From Octopus vulgaris (Eukaryota), in NCBI GenBank assembly GCA_951406725.2, contig OX597838.1:21452001-21516000 (forward strand): DNA of 64,000 nucleotides, in the 5' to 3' direction. The notes under the pieces are model-generated. The model did not search any database, was not told where the DNA came from, and saw nothing but the letters and a program-made list of their open reading frames with translations. A program made the position numbers and the translations under genes. Positions 47,711 through 61,217 of the stretch are shown here, piece by piece. Every line of letters begins with the position of its first letter. Within the stretch, counting starts at the first letter, position 1.

Positions 47711-48992
47711 GTAGCTCTGTACAGTACACGAACCCGCATCTGCCGTCTTCATTTGTGCGTTAAACAGTCAGTCCATTGGAATCGGGTTAGATGCTGAGTA
47801 CGTTATTATTTTTTTTTAATATTCAGTGAGTACCTCTAAATAAAACAGTAGGTATATTTGTACTCTTCAACCGATATTCTTGTTTCACGTAATGAATTAG
47901 GTATTTTTGGTATCTTTCGGTAGAAGCCTATGACGTCATGAACGAGAGTGTGACATTGTCTTTCATATGCTCGACATACACTCATTCACGACTGACATCA
48001 TATACGAATAACGAAACATTACAGGTTTTTTTTCTTTAAATAAGCAAATTTTGTTTTTCTTGTAATTCGTTTTTATCCAAAGAAATTTTTCTATTAATAG
48101 TTATAATTTAAATATTTCGTTTTTTTTTCTTTTTAAAAACTTGTATGGCACTTTTGTATTCATAATTTAAACTCTTCATTTTTCTAACATATACAAAGGT
48201 TTGGACGCATAACTTTTTACAGTGTTTTGTTAATTTAATTTACAGCGTTTTGTCAATCCTAATTCGATTTCTTTCTTTACAACATTTATGGAGTCTCCCT
48301 TTATTTCACTTCAAGATCTCCTAAAACAAACAACGATTCTCTTAGATACTTAGATACGCGGTTGTTTTCAAAGTTTACACAAGGAGACAAGTCATTAATT
48401 TCCTTATCCAAATAATGACCATCAAACTGTAATATCTTCAACATCAAAATATACAAAGATTTCTCATTGGGTTCCTCTTTTTTTTTAAGACTCGTTGATT
48501 CGATTAGTTTTTCGACCCATGCAGAGTACGATAGAGTACGTTTCATCGACTTTTGTTTATTTTCGCCGGTATTCACTTCGGCGCTCTTTTATCCATTACA
48601 ACATCAAACAGAACGCGTCATACTAGAGTACAATTTTTTGTACTCCTTCACGTACTCTCAATGAGTTCTCAATAAAGTTCAGAACGTGTCATACTTCTTT
48701 ATTTATCTGTGCTCATTTACCGAGCAGATTTTACTCAGTAATATATCTACTACTCTCCACCGAACATTAGATATATTTTCGTTTCTCACATAGAGATACT
48801 AACGCTGTATTTCCATACAACGTGAGTGATCCGACGATTTTGTTTTTAATTTTATATTTTGTTCTTCTTTACTTTTTGAAGGGGAAGTTTTTTGGTGTAG
48901 GTAGTGAGGGGTGTTGAGAGTGGCCAAGTTATTTATTTATCCATTTTATTATTATTAATATTATTATTATTAAAAAAAAAATTTTAATCATT

Positions 48993-50090
48993 TTACTCAT
49001 ACACAGAATCTGTTATACTCATGCTTACAGGTTTGTGTACTTGGCCCGCAGACAAAGAGTAGACGTGGGCCTTCGTCCGTGGTTCCTCCATCAGCTTCTC
49101 CTGCATCCGTCCTATCACGAGAACAATCGCCTCACGAAACTTGCTGTTGCAATAACCGTAGATGAACGGATTGAGGGAGTTGCCCAGAAAATAGGAGCGT
49201 AAACCGAGATTAAAAATGATTTCCATCATGGGACTATGTGGTTTGAAACCTGCCAAGGCCCTCGAAATTTGTATGACCAGACAGGGCATGAAACTCACTA
49301 TGAAAAGTACGGTGACCATGAAAAATGTTTTCGTTGTCTTTTCGGACTTTACCTTTCGGTCTTTCTCTCGATTTAGATCGGCCATTGTTCTCACAACTGT
49401 TCGTCCGTCGAGGTTTTGCCGCCCCAAGCGTGTCCTCACCGCCAGACCGATCATCGTGTAAGTGACAACCAGTATTATTAAACAAACTATAATGATGACG
49501 GCCAGGTACATGAAATAAATGAGTGGCCATTTCGATTTTTTGTATTTGTCACGTATGGCACAGTCAGTACCGTTGATGTAAGGCACATCCGTCGATTCCG
49601 TATCGATCCCCGCCAGTTCGATGATCGGGCTGACCAGCACAGCGGACATCGTGGCTGTTAGAATGATCATCATCTTCGCCCAACCCGACTGTATCTGTTC
49701 CTTCCCCAAGCACACCCTCTGGTAGCGATCCATGGCAATGATGACCAGTGTCAGGGAAGAGGCACCCGTCGAAAAAAACGAAGTGAAACGCAGAATTTTG
49801 CAGCCGAGTTCCCAGTTGAACATCAACGGTAGTTGATCGTCGGCGATCTCCGTCGGCATTCCAACCAGGCAGTTGAGCAGATCGAACGTGGACAGAGCTA
49901 AGATAAAAGAATTGGTCGATGTAGACTTGAACTTGCGACTGTACACATATATCACCAATGAGTTACCGACAATGCCGAAAATCATGAGGAACGACATTGT
50001 TATCGTGGATGGAACGGCGAAGCGGGCCTTTTTAGCATTCAGCTCCTCCAGCGTGTAAATATGCGTGTCGTTAGGGTGGAGTAGAATCAT
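48993..50090 (-). CDS. Class A (rhodopsin-like) GPCR, single coding exon, orphan peptide-receptor-like, 365 aa
   Basis: Seven hydrophobic segments; TM1 GN, TM2 LSTFD, Cys before TM3 (GCK), DRY, ECL2 Cys (NGTDC), TM6 FIVSFMP, TM7 NPFIY, helix 8 (KFREA); N-glycosylation sequon NDT. Confidence 0.95.
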   Translation of the reverse strand: MILLHPNDTHIYTLEELNAKKARFAVPSTITMSFLMIFGIVGNSLVIYVYSRKFKSTSTNSFILALSTFDLLNCLVGMPTEIADDQLPLMFNWELGCKILRFTSFFSTGASSLTLVIIAMDRYQRVCLGKEQIQSGWAKMMIILTATMSAVLVSPIIELAGIDTESTDVPYINGTDCAIRDKYKKSKWPLIYFMYLAVIIIVCLIILVVTYTMIGLAVRTRLGRQNLDGRTVVRTMADLNREKDRKVKSEKTTKTFFMVTVLFIVSFMPCLVIQISRALAGFKPHSPMMEIIFNLGLRSYFLGNSLNPFIYGYCNSKFREAIVLVIGRMQEKLMEEPRTKAHVYSLSAGQVHKPVSMSITDSVYE

Positions 50091-50110
50091 TTTCAGGCCG
50101 TTGTTGTTGC

Positions 50111-50162
<52 letters not shown>

Positions 50163-50291
50163 AGTTGTTTGCTGTTGTTGTTGTCATTTCGGTGTTGTTG
50201 CTTTTCTTAATTATAAGATTATTTATATTACTATTGTTGCTGTAGTAATTGTTATTTATTAACGTCGTTATTGTTACAGTTGTTGTTGTTG

Positions 50292-50344
<53 letters not shown>

Positions 50345-50621
50345 GCTGTTGTTGTTGCTGTTAATTATGCAATTTTTAAAGCTCCAAGTTGACTAAGATA
50401 GAAATGCATATGTATGTGTGTCTGTGTGTGTGTGTGTGTGTGTGTGGATAAGGTTTTAAGTATTTAAAAAAAAAGACTAAATCAAAGAACAGATCGAAGC
50501 ATTATTGATCGGAAATAATCTGTCGCCGTGGTAGTCGTTGTAGTTTTTCTCGTTTTCATAATTTGTGCTGGTTGATGTTGTCTTCGTTGTATTGAATACA
50601 TTCTGCTGCTACTGCTGCTTC

Positions 50622-50673
<52 letters not shown>

Positions 50674-50775
50674 GCTACTGTCGGTGTCGTCTCGTCTTTG
50701 TTGTAATTCTTCTTGGAGAAATTGCGAAAATGATTGCCAACAGTGGATTGGAGTTCACCCTCACCTCTGTGTGTG

Positions 50776-50847
<72 letters not shown>

Positions 50848-51205
50848 AGTGCGTGTACTTGTGTATGCGTACGAGTGTGTGTGTCTGTGTGTCACAGACA
50901 CATTAACATTATGTCCTTGTGTGTTCGTTATGCAACGTTATAATTGTGAGAAAGATAATGTTCCTTTTGGTTTCGTCTGCTTTTTGCTAAACTTCCTCTT
51001 CTTTTTATTGTTTTTATTTTCTTCTATTTTTTTCTTCTCTTTCTTCTTCTCCTTCCTCTTATTATTCATTTATTTATTTATTCTTCTATTTATTTGTTTC
51101 TTCTTTCGCTCATCTGAAGATTGTCACTGAGACGAGGTAAAAAAATCACCTGGAAGAAGTAAGAGAGGCATATGAAAAATGGTATGCGATAAATGTAAAT
51201 AGATA

Positions 51206-51285
<80 letters not shown>

Positions 51286-51679
51286 CAACAACGCCGCTGC
51301 CGCAGACAACACCACCACCAGCACCACCGATGATAATGATCAAAAAGTTCCTCGTATCTACGATTACCCTGACTTCCAAAAGTAAGTGCTCTTTTCCTCT
51401 GTTTTGCCTGTTCGAGAGGCACATGTTTGGGAGTACAAAAAGAGAGTACAAAAAGAGATCCAGCATGCCCAGTACACGAAGAAAACTGAGCAGAATGTAA
51501 ATAGACGAAGAAGAATCGCAACACTTGCTGACAGAACATGACTGGAAGTTTTGAAAAACGAGGGCTATTTGATGAAAGAACGATGCGGCTGTGGTGAAGA
51601 AAGAATTGGTCGCATTGTCTGTTGTTCTGCTGATTCATAGCCAAGACAAATTTGCTACTTACATACGCTACAAGTAGTT

Positions 51680-51893
51680 TTTTCTACTGGAAGCACAAGG
51701 CCTGAAATTTGGGGAAAGGGATTAAGTCAATTACATCGACCCCAATGCGTAACTGGTACTTATTCAATCGAACCCGAAAGGACGAAAGGCAAGGTCGACC
51801 TCGGCGGAATTTGAACTTAGAACATAGCTGCGGGCGAAATACCGCTAAGTATTTCGCCCGGTGTGCTAACGATTCTGCCAGCTCGCCACCTTA
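51680..51893 (-). mobile_element. SINE family C
   Basis: Reverse copy. Confidence 0.8.
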
Positions 51894-51949
51894 CATACAC
51901 TACAAGTAATGCCAGCATTATGAAATACCGACAAAAAAGAGAGCTTGAG

Positions 51950-52380
51950 GTCCGGTTGTTAAGAGTATGCAGTTCGGGTGGTGGAGGGCATTGTAGAGCC
52001 TAGAGTTAAACATTTGTGTGTGTGTTAGGGTAGTTTATTAACTTGTCTTTAATATTCGCAGGATCTTAAGGATGGTGCCGGAGATTAAAAACTTGTTGGA
52101 ACCTGGGAAGTTAAGTGTTGTTTCTAAACACAAGGGACAGATGTTGAATTTCTCGTATTTCTGGTAATAAAAGACAGAGGGTCGGGCCTTAAATGTATGC
52201 AGTTCGGGTTTCAATAAAGAGCTTCGGATCATAAACGTATGTTATCCGGGTGTTACAACGTATGAGGGTCGGGTGTTAAATGCATGCAGTCAGGTGATAA
52301 ACGTATATAGCCCAGATTAAAGCGCTTAAACTTCGGGGTGTTAAAAAGTATGTTGTTTGGGTGTTTGAATGTTTGAATGT
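51950..52380. repeat. Degenerate array of about 22 bp (GGGTGTTAAA.GTATGCAGTTC-like)
   Basis: Clearest units at 51951-51990 and 52180-52370. Confidence 0.65.
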
Positions 52381-52755
52381 TTGAGAATTGTGCGTTTATG
52401 TGAACCGGAAGTTAGCGTATGAGAATCTAATTTTCAATATGTCTGACGAAGAAAATATCAGCGAAAAGCCAGACGTCCTGTCTAAGCTAGAATAAATGGC
52501 CCCTGGCAAAGAAAAAAAAATTAAATGCAAAATTGGGTCGGGTGTAATTTGAACGCAGTGCTTAGCCTTCAGGTATAAACTAAACGCCACAAATCGATTT
52601 TAATTTGTTATTCGCATCTCACGACTTTTGCCGCAAGACGACCTTTTAAATTAATCCTGTATTAAAACCTGTAGCCTTCAACTCGAAATAATTTAGGTGT
52701 GTGTCTGCGTGCGTGCGTGTGTGTGTGTGTGTGTGTGTTTGTTTGTTTGTTTGTT

Positions 52756-52818
<63 letters not shown>

Positions 52819-53087
52819 GGAATGTTTATGTCACAATAAAATACTGGAGATTACAGGCAGAATGCTGTTTTAAAGATGCGTAAGCATACACAGAAATACG
52901 CACACCTCACAAACATACACACATGCATACATACATATATACATACATACATACATACATACAAACATACAAACATACATACATACATACATACATACAA
53001 ACATACAAACATACATACATACATACATACATACATACAAACATACAATAATACATACATACATGCATGCATACATACATACATACA

Positions 53088-53121
<34 letters not shown>

Positions 53122-53317
53122 GATATACACGTACTTACATAGATACATACGTACAAGCATACATACATGCATACATACATACATACACACACATACACGC
53201 ACGCACACATCAATTTAAATACACGACGGAAAAATCTGCTAATAGTTCCATGCCATTATGATACTTGAGCAGGCATATTTATAAGATATGCCATATATCG
53301 TAAAGCAAATTTTCAGG

Positions 53318-53404
<87 letters not shown>

Positions 53405-53406
<2 letters not shown>

Positions 53407-53575
53407 CGCAGGAGTGGCTGTGTGGTAAGTAGCTTGCTGACCAACCACATGGTTCCGGGTTCAGTCCCACTGCGTGGCATCTTGGCCAAGTGTCTTCTGC
53501 TATAGCCCCAGGCCGACCAATGCCTTGTGAGTGGATTTGGTAGACGGAAACTGAAAGAAGCCCGTCGTATATATG

Positions 53576-53610
<35 letters not shown>

Positions 53611-53835
53611 ACGTGTTTGTGTGTCTGTGTTTGTCCCCCCAACATTGCTTGACAACCGATGCTGGTGTGTTTATGTCTCCGTAACTTAGCGGTTTGGCAA
53701 AAAAGACCGATAGAATAAGTACTGGGCTTACAAAGAATAAGTCCCGGGGTCGATTTGCTCGTCCAAAGGCGGTGCTCCAGCATGGCCACAGTCAAATGAC
53801 TGAAACAATTAAAAGAGTTAAAAGAGTAAAGAGTA
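53405..53835 (+). mobile_element. SINE family A inserted in (TA)n
   Basis: Full-length copy. Confidence 0.85.
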
Positions 53836-53880
53836 CATACATATATATATATATATATAAGCAATTATAAATCGATACAT

Positions 53881-54010
53881 TATTTACATTTGATGGATAT
53901 TTGTCCTCATCTTGTTTGTTAACATCAAACAAGATGAGGACAAATATCCGTCAAATGTAAATAATGTAAATACTGTACATAATTCCTCATCACTTAAATA
54001 TAGAACTGTA
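53881..54010. mobile_element. Penelope-like pLTR fragment, copy 3, fold-back form (38-bp arms)
   Basis: 53881-53918 is the reverse complement of 53926-53963 with one mismatch. Confidence 0.6.
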
Positions 54011-54127
54011 TAAATTGACAGGTGAAAGGAATGGAAAAGATTGCAGCCGTAATATCGAAAATTCCATCTGATTCGATATGGACCGAAGTGTAAAAATATA
54101 CGTTGAATTATAAACTTTGTCGATCGA

Positions 54128-54174
<47 letters not shown>

Positions 54175-54212
54175 CGGTGATGATGATGATGATAATAATA
54201 ATAATAATAATA

Positions 54213-54284
<72 letters not shown>

Positions 54285-54394
54285 TAATAGAAATAAACAT
54301 AAAAATAAAAATAATAATGATGATAATAATAATAATAATAATAATGATAATAATGATGATGATGATGATAATGATGATGATGATGATGATGATG

Positions 54395-54438
<44 letters not shown>

Positions 54439-54515
54439 TGTAATAATAATAATAATAATAATAATGATGATGATGATGATGATTATGATGATGATGATTA
54501 TGATGATGATGATAA
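54128..54515. repeat. (GAT)n/(AAT)n microsatellite
   Basis: Seen directly. Confidence 0.95.
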
Positions 54516-55058
54516 TTTAGTTTATTTTAATAGTTATTACACTTCGCTGGAATCAACCTGTTAAATACCAGAGCAGCCTTCACATGGATTAACGAGATAA
54601 ATTTTTTGGTGCATTTTGTGGTTTAGATAATCCGTGGTCGTCTGTTTATTATGCACACAAATGTGCACGCTAGACACAAGGTCGAGCCTGTATATTTGTG
54701 TGCATGCGTTCGAGTGTGTATACATGTATCTACACACACAAACACGCACATACACACACATACATGTATGCATTTGTCTGACCTTGTTTGTCCTCTCTAC
54801 TTTTAGCCCCTGTGTGTAGTAAAGAAATAGGTATTTCTTCTGTCTTTATGTTCTGAGTTCAAATTCCGCCGAGGTCGACTTTGCCTTTCACTCTTTAGGG
54901 GTCGATAAATTAAGTACCAGTTGCGTACTGGGGTCGATCTAATCGTCTGGCTCCCTAACACAAAATTTCGAACCTTGTACCTAGAGATGAAAAGATTCTC
55001 TAACGGTCTTACCAGAAAGACAAAAACTACACTTAAGTGTCTGCGCGCACAGACACAG

Positions 55059-55148
<90 letters not shown>

Positions 55149-55252
55149 TCACTCACGCACACACACACGCACACGCATACCAGAGGTCAACGATTGACAG
55201 AGACGGTGGATACCAAAAAGGCGAATCGAGTACAAGGGTTGACAAACACATA

Positions 55253-56926
55253 CGACGGGGTCCCCCAAAGCAACTAGAAACTTTCTCTGTGTGACAGGCC
55301 CGTTGTAGTTCAGGCTCCCGCCTTTGGAAGCCACTTGATGCAGGCCTCGGGCATTAGTCTGCTGATCGGCGTCGTCAGGTGTGGTCCTAGTGCCATGTGA
55401 GGTGTTTTTGTTTTGCAGCGCTTCTCCCCTCTTCGTCAATTTTTGCGATGGCTGAAAGGGAAAACGGCGGCCGAAACAGTTGTCATGCCTCAAACAGCTT
55501 ACAAGGACTCTGCCATGAGCAAAACACAAGTTTACGATTGGTTTCCACGCTTTAGGAATGGTCATTTGTTAAGGCAGCGAGCAGGCAGAAACGTTAGCAT
55601 GTCGGGCGAAATGCTTAGCGGTATTTCGTCTGTCTTTACGTTCTGAGTTCAAATTCCGCCGAGGTCGGCTTTGCCTTTCATCCTTTCGGGGTTGATAAAT
55701 TAAGTACCAGTTAAGTACTGGGGTCGATATAATTGGCTTAATCCATTTGTCTGTCCTTGTTTGTCCCTTCTGTGTTTAGCCCCTTGTGGGTAGTAAAAAA
55801 ATATGTATTTCGTCTGTCTTTATGTTCTGAGCTCAAATTCCGCCGAGGTCGACTTTGTTTTTCACTCTTTAGAGGTCGATAAATTAAGTACCAGTTGCGT
55901 ACTGAGGTTGATCTAATCGACTGGCCCCCTCCCGCAAAATTTCATGCCTTGTACCCTAGAGTAGAAAAGGAACAGCCACTTGTGGTTTGAGGACCGTCGA
56001 ACTCCTGAACGAATAAAGATCTCTTGAAATTTCATGAACTGATCTTGGAGGACCGTTACCGAACAAGTGATGAATTTGTTGATATGACTGGTGTGTCTTG
56101 CAGATCCTCGTCAACGAATTTTGGGCGAGGAATTGCGAATGAAAACAGTTGCAGCAAAATTTGTGCATAGCTTATTCACGGATGATCAAAAGCAGTCACG
56201 ACTGAATGCGTGTCGTGAACTGAAAGAATAGTTGGAAGTTGATCTGGACCTTTTTTCGAAGGTCATCACTGGTCACGAAAGCTGATACTACGGCTACGAT
56301 CCGAAAACGAAGCAGAAATCAAGTCAATGGAAGTACTCAATATCCCCACTGCTCCCCAAAGCGCTTCAAGTGAAGTGCAGTGTCAAGACGATGCTGATTT
56401 TTTTCATCGATGCGAAAAGGATTGTCCACACAATATTTGTTCCTCCTGGTCAAACTGTTAACCAGACATTTTACTTGGAAGTTGTGAAGCGTTTGCGAGA
56501 CGCGATGAGACGAAAACACCCCGACGAGTGGCAAAATAGAGAGTGGTGGTCTCATCACGACAATGCTCCTGCGCACAAGACAGTTTTTGACCAAAAATGG
56601 CATGGCCCCGCTTACCCACTCTCCCTATTCACCCGATCTTGCTCTCTGCGATTTTTTTCTTTTTTGTTACCCCGAATGAAAAAAAAGTCCTTAAAGGAAA
56701 ACGTTTTGTAAATTTGGAAGAAGTGAAGAAAAACCGACGGAGGCATCATTTTGCAAGGCATCACTTAGCAAGAGTTCCTGGACTGCTTCGAACAGTAGAA
56801 AACGTATCTGGACCGACGCATTGCTTCAAATGGAGAATACTTTAAAGGCGATAAAAGTGTAAACATGTAAAACTAGGTGAATAAAATAATATCGCAAAAT
56901 TCCCATTTCTTTTGAGTACCCTCTCG
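55253..56926 (+). mobile_element. Near full-length decayed mariner transposon interrupted by SINE copies
   Basis: Imperfect TIRs (cgacggggtccccc / gagtaccctctcg); GKTAAET...VYDWFPRF, AAKFV, ITGHES, HHDNAPAH and YSPDLA motifs with stops and frameshifts. Confidence 0.88.
55570..55972 (+). mobile_element. Dimeric SINE family C inserted in the mariner
   Basis: Interrupts the transposase after WFPRFRNG. Confidence 0.8.
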
Positions 56927-57280
56927 CACATCTTGTATGACTGTTACATATATCTTTTTTTTAAATCTCGGTTCCTTTTCTATACAGTCATTTACTCCTC
57001 TTTTAGAAACTCACTACATAACATAGAGGGTGGCAATGGCGGCGGAGATAAACCGAAAATGAAAGTAGAACAATAAAATAGGACATTAAGGTAGTTTGTG
57101 TGTTTGTGTATTTGTGTCTCTGTATATGTGTGTGTGTTTACATTCAATGTGACAATAAAAAGGTGTAATGTTATTAGTATATATACTTGGTAGTTGGCGT
57201 ATATTGTGTGTATATATATATTTATATATGTATATTGTATGTATGTATATATATTTCTATACATATATATATATGTATAT

Positions 57281-57355
<75 letters not shown>

Positions 57356-57424
57356 TGTATATATATAAAATTTATGTATGTATGTATGCATGTATGTTTA
57401 TATATGTGTATATGTGTGTAGGTA

Positions 57425-57489
<65 letters not shown>

Positions 57490-57691
57490 CTATCTATCTA
57501 TCTATCTATCTAACTATCTGTCTGTCTGTCTGTCTGTCTGTCTATTTCTCTTTTTAAAGCAGTCCTTAAGCACAGACATGTTAGAAATAGCGGTCAAATT
57601 TTATAATTTAAATCCTATCATACTATCTTAAGAACAAAACATAACAAAAACAAGTAGGCAACAACAGTAGCAACAGAAGACGACAGCAACC

Positions 57692-57749
<58 letters not shown>

Positions 57750-57882
57750 GTAGTAGTAGTGTAACGACCTTAGTTATTACTTCAGGGAGACGACGACCTT
57801 CTTTGCCTGATACGAGTCCCTGGATCACCTGACTCCAGTTGTCAGTACCTCCTTCAGGCCCCTGTCCAGGTTTATCGATCTC

Positions 57883-57946
<64 letters not shown>

Positions 57947-58739
57947 CTCCCATATTAAAATATCAGATTAACAGTTGGCAGGGGGATAATAATTTTAAGT
58001 AGGAGGAACAGGTAATGCGATGCTAAGCCTTGTTTGGCAACCATCAGCACATGCTATCCCAGTGAAAAGCACCGGTTGGGTGATGGAGTTTATTTCACTC
58101 GCGTCTGTCTTTTATCTTTTACGTGTTTCAGTCTTTGGATTTCGGCCATGCTGGGGCACTGCCTTGAAGGGTTTTAGTCGAATAAATCACTGTCCCCACC
58201 ACTCCAGTGTACTCTTTGCTCTCTTTACTCTTTTACTTCTTTCAGTCATTTCAATGCGGCCTTGCGAGTGGATTTGGTAGACGGAAACTGAAAGAAGCCC
58301 GTCGTATATATGTATATGTATATATATATATGTGTGTGTGTGTGTTTGTGTGTCTGTGTTTATCACCCTAACATCGCTTGGCAGCCAATGCTGGTGTGTT
58401 TATGTTCCCCGTCACTTAGCAATTCGGCAAAAGAGACCGATAGAATAAGTACTAGGCTTACAAAGAATAAGTCCTGGGGGTCGATGTGCTCGACTAAAGG
58501 CGGTGCTCCAGCATGGCCTCAGTCAAATGACTGAAACAAGTAAGAGAATAAGAGTAAACGTTGAAATGCCTCGGGGAGGGAGGGAGAGTCCTGCTCAACA
58601 GCAAAGACTCTTGGTGGTGTTTGAGTCAACCTTACCAAATTCCTCAGAGGAACGTTTCTTTGTGTGGTTCTACGCGATTGTTTGATCTGCGGCGGGAAAT
58701 TCTGATGTCTCTCTTGAATTTGGTGACTAGAAATGAGCA

Positions 58740-58796
<57 letters not shown>

Positions 58797-58818
58797 GCTA
58801 CTACTGCTACTACTACTG

Positions 58819-58849
<31 letters not shown>

Positions 58850-58872
58850 CGCTGCTGCCGCTGCTGCCGCTG

Positions 58873-58912
<40 letters not shown>

Positions 58913-58984
58913 CACCACCACCACCATCACTACCATAACCGTCATCACTACCATAACCGTCATCACTATCACCCCACCATCACC

Positions 58985-59046
<62 letters not shown>

Positions 59047-59080
59047 CACTATTACTACAGCTACTGCTACTGCTGCTGCT
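58740..59080. repeat. (CTA/CTG/CCA)n trinucleotide tract
   Basis: Seen directly. Confidence 0.95.
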
Positions 59081-59128
59081 TTTGAGAACCTATGAGAGTT
59101 AACCATATCACAGGGGAGAGAGTGCGAC

Positions 59129-59165
<37 letters not shown>

Positions 59166-59495
59166 AAGAAGGAAAGAAAGAAGGAAAGAAAGAAAGAAAG
59201 AAAGAGAGAAAAAAAGAGAGAAAGAAAGGAAGAAAGACACGGAGAGAAAAGCAGGGAGCAGAAACTGACAGAGGAAGACAACTGGATTTGATTTGTCTTT
59301 CCCGCCAAAAGTATTGAAAGACTGAGCCGCCACCCTAACCACTTGGCCCTAGTATTCTCCCCACACACAGAGCTGTCTTAAAGCATAAGCACTCTGGGAA
59401 ACAGCCCGGGGCGTCACAGTCCCCAGGGGTACAATTTGGATCTATGCATGCTGAGGCTTGCGGGCAATAAGTAAATATACTATAGGACTAATTAG

Positions 59496-60450
59496 TGGAG
59501 GTGTATGGCGTAGTAGTTAGGGTGTTGGGCTCATGATCGCATAATTGTAGTTTCGATTCCTGGACTGGGTGGTGTGTTGTGTCCTTGAGCAAAACACTTC
59601 ATTTCACGTTGCTTCAGTCCACTCAGCTGGCAACGGCAACGGACCAGGTGAGGAATATATACGCCATTGGATCTGGGAAACCGGCCCTCATGAGCCTGAC
59701 GTGGCTCAAGAAGGAAACATCTATTTGTGGAGGCGTGTAGTTTAGCAACTCCAGGGTGGGTGTGAAGTTCTCCTGCCCTGCATAGCAATTCACCCAGGAG
59801 AAAGGTACAATTATCTTCTCGAGTCACGCCGACTGATATGGGCCGGTTTCCCGGTTTCTATGGGGGTATATATATCCCACCTGGACGAGACGCCGGTCCG
59901 TCGCAGGGTTACTAACTTTTGCCAGTGGACTGGTTGCAACGTGAAATGAAGTGTTTTGCTCAAGAAAACAACGCGTCGCCTGGTCCAGGAATCGAAACCA
60001 CAATCTTACGATCATGAGTCCAACACGCTAATCCCTAAGCCACGCGCCACCCACTTTAAACTCGTGAGGACCCCAAGCAAATCAGTGCAATTGGTCCCGT
60101 GGCTATAGTTAATCCCCATTACTCGTTAAAAAACACAGGGCTGGTTTCGTGGTTTCCATGGTGTATATATTCCTCCCTGGGCGGGGCGCCGGTCTGTCGC
60201 GGGATTCCTCATTTGTACCAGTTAAGCGGACTGGAGCAACATGAAATGAATTGTTTTGCTCAAGGACACAACGCAACGCCCAGTCCAGGAATCGAAGCCA
60301 CAATCTTAGGATCATGTGTCCAACACTCTAACCACTAAGCCACTGGACTCTACAAATAGATGTTTCCTTCTTGAGCCATGCCAGACTCATGAGGGCCGGT
60401 TTCCCGGATCCAATCGCGTACATATTCCTCACTTGGACGGGATGCCATAC
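59496..60450. mobile_element. Cluster of family B-related SINEs in both orientations
   Basis: tRNA-like heads at about 59496 (+), 60050 (-) and 60345 (-). Confidence 0.7.
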
Positions 60451-61150
60451 GCCTCCTTTACCTAACTTTTTTTTTTTACCTCGCTAGTCTAGGGTCCCAA
60501 TTCTACTCTATGTCCGCTGTGACTTGCTATCAATAAACAGATACTATAGCGCCAAGTGCATTGACCTGCCCGGGGTAAAGGTTATAATGCTGCTAAGATA
60601 GCCCTGTTTATACACAAAAGCGAAAACAAGGACAATGTCAGAGATAGAGAGAATCTGCAGCCAAAGTATATAAACGGGAATACGAGGGTCACCGTGTTAG
60701 GGGTTACCTTGTTACACGATCAGCTGGCTAGCTGGGCCGTGGTCAGCTAAGGACCGTAACGTTGGGTAGAGAACACAGTAAAACTTGGGTCTCTGATCAC
60801 CTAGCCACTGCATTATCGGATGACAATTGATTATCTAGTAACTGGATTATGGCATTAACGTGTAACCGGGTTATCGTCCTGAAAAAAAAAAATAGAAGAG
60901 TTGCTCCGTACTTGTTACATAACTTAAAAGCCTGTTGAGAGTGGTATGAGAAGGTATAAGCAATCGGTTTTAGATAGACGAAGAGGAGGGCCGAGGAAAG
61001 AGAAAAATGTATGCGTGAGGCGTGAGTGTGATGTGTGAATGTGTTTGTGTGTATGTGTGTGTATATTATATAAATTTGATTCAGCTGCAAGAAACTTAAA
61101 GTTACATACATACCTACCTACATACATATATATGTATGTGTGTATATTTA

Positions 61151-61216
<66 letters not shown>

Positions 61217-61217
<1 letters not shown>

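Noticed and set aside
52443-52480. CTGACGA...GAAA as another hammerhead (also hits near 644, 42273 and 58642)
   Set aside because: The required stem I/II/III pairing could not be formed
56370-56845. Functional or domesticated transposase ORFs
   Set aside because: Part of a mariner with stops, frameshifts, an altered first catalytic Asp and a SINE insertion
57770-57886. Complex-sequence island between microsatellites as a possible exon
   Set aside because: Acceptor-like ttcag present but no strong donor, partner exon or recognisable peptide
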